Under the pieces are notes generated by a model, which was not told where the DNA came from, did not search any database, and was given only the letters and a program-made list of their open reading frames with translations. Position numbers and translations under genes: made by a program. Of a stretch of DNA of 64,000 nucleotides, positions 61,416 through 64,000 are shown one piece after another (position 1 is the first letter of the stretch; the number at the start of each line of letters is the position of its first letter). This stretch comes from an uncultured Loktanella sp. (lineage in GTDB: Bacteria > Pseudomonadota > Alphaproteobacteria > Rhodobacterales > Rhodobacteraceae): positions 2,094 through 66,093 of the forward strand of contig CAKZNT010000015.1 in the NCBI GenBank assembly GCA_937132065.1, in the 5' to 3' direction.

Positions 61416-61895
61416 CTACCCGTCACTGCCATTCAAAGCAGGGCCACCGATATCCGTCACCAGACCGATATTCGAGAAGCCACCGGCATTCAGCGCGCCC
61501 ATTATCTCGGCAACCGTGTTCCAGTCATTTGCCCCGTCAGCGCGCAAGAAGATACGATCAGAGCTGCGCTCGGCGGCGATAGCCTGCAACTTGCCCACCA
61601 GTTCATCAGATGCCGTTTCGGTGTTCTGGATCATGATCAAACCATCCACAGTAATCGTCACCGTCAGCGGCTCTTCCTCGTCCGATGGCAGGGCATTTGC
61701 AGCGGTTTTCGGCAGCTCGACAGGGACACCCACCGTCATCAACGGGGCGGCCACCATGAATATGATCAACAGAACCAGCATCACATCGACAAACGGCGTG
61801 ATATTGATCTCGGCCATCACCGTCGAACGACGGCGGCTGCGACGACGACGGCGACCGCCCCCGTCATCACCTGATTTCATGACACCCGCAGCCAT
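61416..61895 (-). CDS. tolR: TolR
   Basis: EINITPFVDVMLVLLIIFMV, LRAD. Confidence 0.95.
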   Translation of the reverse strand: MAAGVMKSGDDGGGRRRRRSRRRSTVMAEINITPFVDVMLVLLIIFMVAAPLMTVGVPVELPKTAANALPSDEEEPLTVTITVDGLIMIQNTETASDELVGKLQAIAAERSSDRIFLRADGANDWNTVAEIMGALNAGGFSNIGLVTDIGGPALNGSDG

Positions 61896-62570
61896 TTAGC
61901 TATCCAACTGACGGCTAAGGATCGTGGCAAACTCATCAGCAAAACTCTCGTAGCCCGAAACGATACGATCACTGTCTGCCGACAGCTTGTTGTAGAAAAT
62001 TACCGCAGGGATCGCCGCCAAAAGGCCAAGCCCCGTGGCAAGAAGCGCTTCCGCGATGCCCGGAGCAACAACCGCAAGGTTTGTGTTCTGGGACTGCGCG
62101 ATCTCGATAAAGGCGTTCATAATCCCCCAGACCGTCCCGAACAGGCCGACAAACGGCGCCGTCGAACCCACGGTCGCCAGCACAGGCAAACCCTTTTGCA
62201 GCTTTGCTGATTCCTTCAAAATCGCGACATCCATCGAGCGATCAATGCGGGCCTGCGCGCCTGCAATCAGGCCACCATCCTGCCTGTGCGATCTGCGCCA
62301 TTCCAGCATGCCGGCTGCGAATACCTTCTGGCTTTGGCCTGTCGGCGTTGTGCCGATCTGGTCAAACAAGGCATCCAACGGCTCGCCTGACCAGAAAGCA
62401 CGGTCAAAAACCTCTGCTTCGGCGCGGGCTTTGCGATATTGAATGAGTTTGTCGACGATAATCGCCCAACACCAGATGGACGCGGCCATCAGCATCAACA
62501 TGACCAACTTAACGGTCAAAGTCGCGCGGGCGAACAACGCCCACATCGTATAATCGGTTGCTACTTCCAT
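61896..62570 (-). CDS. tolQ: TolQ
   Basis: GSTAPFVGLFGTVWGIM, APGIAEAL. Confidence 0.96.
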   Translation of the reverse strand: MEVATDYTMWALFARATLTVKLVMLMLMAASIWCWAIIVDKLIQYRKARAEAEVFDRAFWSGEPLDALFDQIGTTPTGQSQKVFAAGMLEWRRSHRQDGGLIAGAQARIDRSMDVAILKESAKLQKGLPVLATVGSTAPFVGLFGTVWGIMNAFIEIAQSQNTNLAVVAPGIAEALLATGLGLLAAIPAVIFYNKLSADSDRIVSGYESFADEFATILSRQLDS

Positions 62571-62671
62571 AATGCCTGCTCTGCCTATTTGGCCCATTTG
62601 GGCTCTGATTAGGACCAGATTAGACCATTTGATAGATGAAATCTATCTGCGCAGCACAACTCCGCGTGATA

Positions 62672-63058
62672 TTATGAATTTGCTCGGCGGATGTTTGCCG
62701 GAAGACGGGCCGCAGCGCCATTCGCACCAATTGCCACAATCGTGACAAGCGCCTCAAACAGCGGGGCATCATCGCGCAGCACCGTTTGGCGCAGCACCAA
62801 ACGCGCGCCCGTGGCCTTCTCGGTGACAGTGCGCACAATCAGCGCATCATCATAGTTTGCAGGCATAAAATAATCGGCCTCGACACGGCGGACCGCGAAA
62901 ACAATGCCCTCGGCTTTCATCGCCACCTGATCAATGCCGATCTCGCGCACCCATTCGCTGCGGGCACGCTCGATGAACTTGAAGTAATTGGCATAATAGA
63001 CAAAGCCAGCAAGATCGGTGTCTTCATAATAGACGCGAACGGGAAATTCATGGCTCAT
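62672..63058 (-). CDS. ybgC: YbgC acyl-CoA thioesterase
   Basis: RVYYEDTD.AG.VYYANY..F.ERAR. Confidence 0.94.
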   Translation of the reverse strand: MSHEFPVRVYYEDTDLAGFVYYANYFKFIERARSEWVREIGIDQVAMKAEGIVFAVRRVEADYFMPANYDDALIVRTVTEKATGARLVLRQTVLRDDAPLFEALVTIVAIGANGAAARLPANIRRANS

Positions 63059-63666
63059 AATGTGATCCGCGCGCTCAGGCGCATCGCGTGGGTCGGGTCA
63101 TGGGCCACATCCGGCATCACAGGATCATAGGCGGCGGCGATCACCGCCGCGACCTCGGGGCGCACAACCGCATTGCCCTTGATCGCGGCCAATGGGGGCA
63201 TCTCGACAAACGCCGCGTCCGACCACAAAAGGATCGACTGCACCGCTTGAGACAACGCCAATGTGTCGGCAGGGACTTCGGCCAAATGGGCATCCATGCG
63301 CAAGAACACAAAACAGCCCGTAATCGCGCCCGCTTTATCAAACCGGAACAGGCGATACTGGTTGGCATCCGCAGCCTTCAAGCGGGCGACGAGCGGGCCA
63401 ATGTCGGGAACCATCTGCTCCAGATGCGGCACGTCGTTGAACTCGTCCCAGTCACGGCAAAAGAACACCATCAGGTTCGCGCCCAAATGCGGGTCGATCT
63501 CGGCCATCTTGTGGCCCGCCAAGGTCACAACCGCCTCGATCGCGCCCTTGAACAAGCCAAGCGTCTGATCGTCCACGCCAAACACAACAGGCACAATCGG
63601 CACGCCCCAACGGGCAAACACATAGTCACCGTCCGCGCGGGTAAAATACGGGGCCACATCAATCAT
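63055..63666 (-). CDS. Hypothetical protein (203 aa) between ruvB and ybgC
   Basis: ATG overlaps the ruvB stop and the stop overlaps the ybgC start; no motif recognised. Confidence 0.75.
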   Translation of the reverse strand: MIDVAPYFTRADGDYVFARWGVPIVPVVFGVDDQTLGLFKGAIEAVVTLAGHKMAEIDPHLGANLMVFFCRDWDEFNDVPHLEQMVPDIGPLVARLKAADANQYRLFRFDKAGAITGCFVFLRMDAHLAEVPADTLALSQAVQSILLWSDAAFVEMPPLAAIKGNAVVRPEVAAVIAAAYDPVMPDVAHDPTHAMRLSARITL

Positions 63667-64000
63667 CAAACAAATCCGCCTTTGAACGGGGGGCGTCCAG
63701 ACCCAAATGACGCCACGCCGCCTGCGCCAACATGCGGCCACGCGGGGTGCGCTGGATCAAGCCCTTTTGCAACAAATACGGCTCGATCACATCTTCCAGA
63801 CTGTCGCGGCTCTCTGATAGGGCCGCCGACATGGTCTCGATGCCAACAGGACCACCGCCATAACTCTCGGCAATCAGGCGCAGGTAGCGGCGGTCGGCAT
63901 TGTCCAAGCCCAGATGATCGACACCCAGACGGGTCAGCGAACTATCCGCAATCTCGCGGGTCACACGGCCATCGCCCTCGACAATGGCAAAGTCGACGAC
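63659..64000 (-). CDS. ruvB: RuvB, 3' part (runs off the window)
   Basis: [27 protein letters not shown]. Confidence 0.96.
   Translation of the reverse strand, partial: VVDFAIVEGDGRVTREIADSSLTRLGVDHLGLDNADRRYLRLIAESYGGGPVGIETMSAALSESRDSLEDVIEPYLLQKGLIQRTPRGRMLAQAAWRHLGLDAPRSKADLFDD

Overview
Core-genome segment of an alphaproteobacterial chromosome. Gene order and protein sequences look Rhodobacteraceae/roseobacter-like (inference). There is no rRNA, tRNA, CRISPR array, transposase, integrase or phage gene. Left to right: tdk, a 2-hydroxyacid dehydrogenase, ybjN-proC-csaA, an M42 peptidase, ubiK, lgt-methyltransferase-pgeF, a 62-aa small protein, a stand-alone Hint protein, lrp/trxB, sat-cysC, ibpA-DUF1150/DUF465, purEK, a hydrolase, NUDIX, DMT, GNAT, groESL, the aa3 oxidase cluster (ctaC-ctaB-ORF-ctaG-ctaE-surf1-thrC-M16-rimJ), tldD, dprA, topA, an L,D-transpeptidase and scoAB. 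Next comes a Flp/Tad pilus locus: a divergent lytic transglycosylase, three 59-aa pilins missed or mis-called by the ORF track, cpaB, cpaC, an OmpA lipoprotein, cpaE, cpaF, tadB, tadC, two TPR lipoproteins, cpaA and an unexplained wHTH-AAA+ ATPase. The window ends with lytTR, folD-fhs, MOSC, ftsH-tilS, the tol-pal cluster and the 3' end of ruvB. The best leads are: (1) the winged-helix AAA+ ATPase closing the Tad locus; (2) the triple pilin array with near-identical mature pilins but diverged leaders; (3) GTAG-type REP hairpins, including an exact 22-bp inverted pair bracketing one GNAT gene and copies right after the two oxidase structural-subunit genes; (4) a perfect alphaproteobacterial SOS box plus two DnaA-type boxes upstream of ybjN-proC-csaA; (5) a Hint protein with Ala in place of the catalytic Cys. 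All product calls come from motif recognition by eye; no searches were run.
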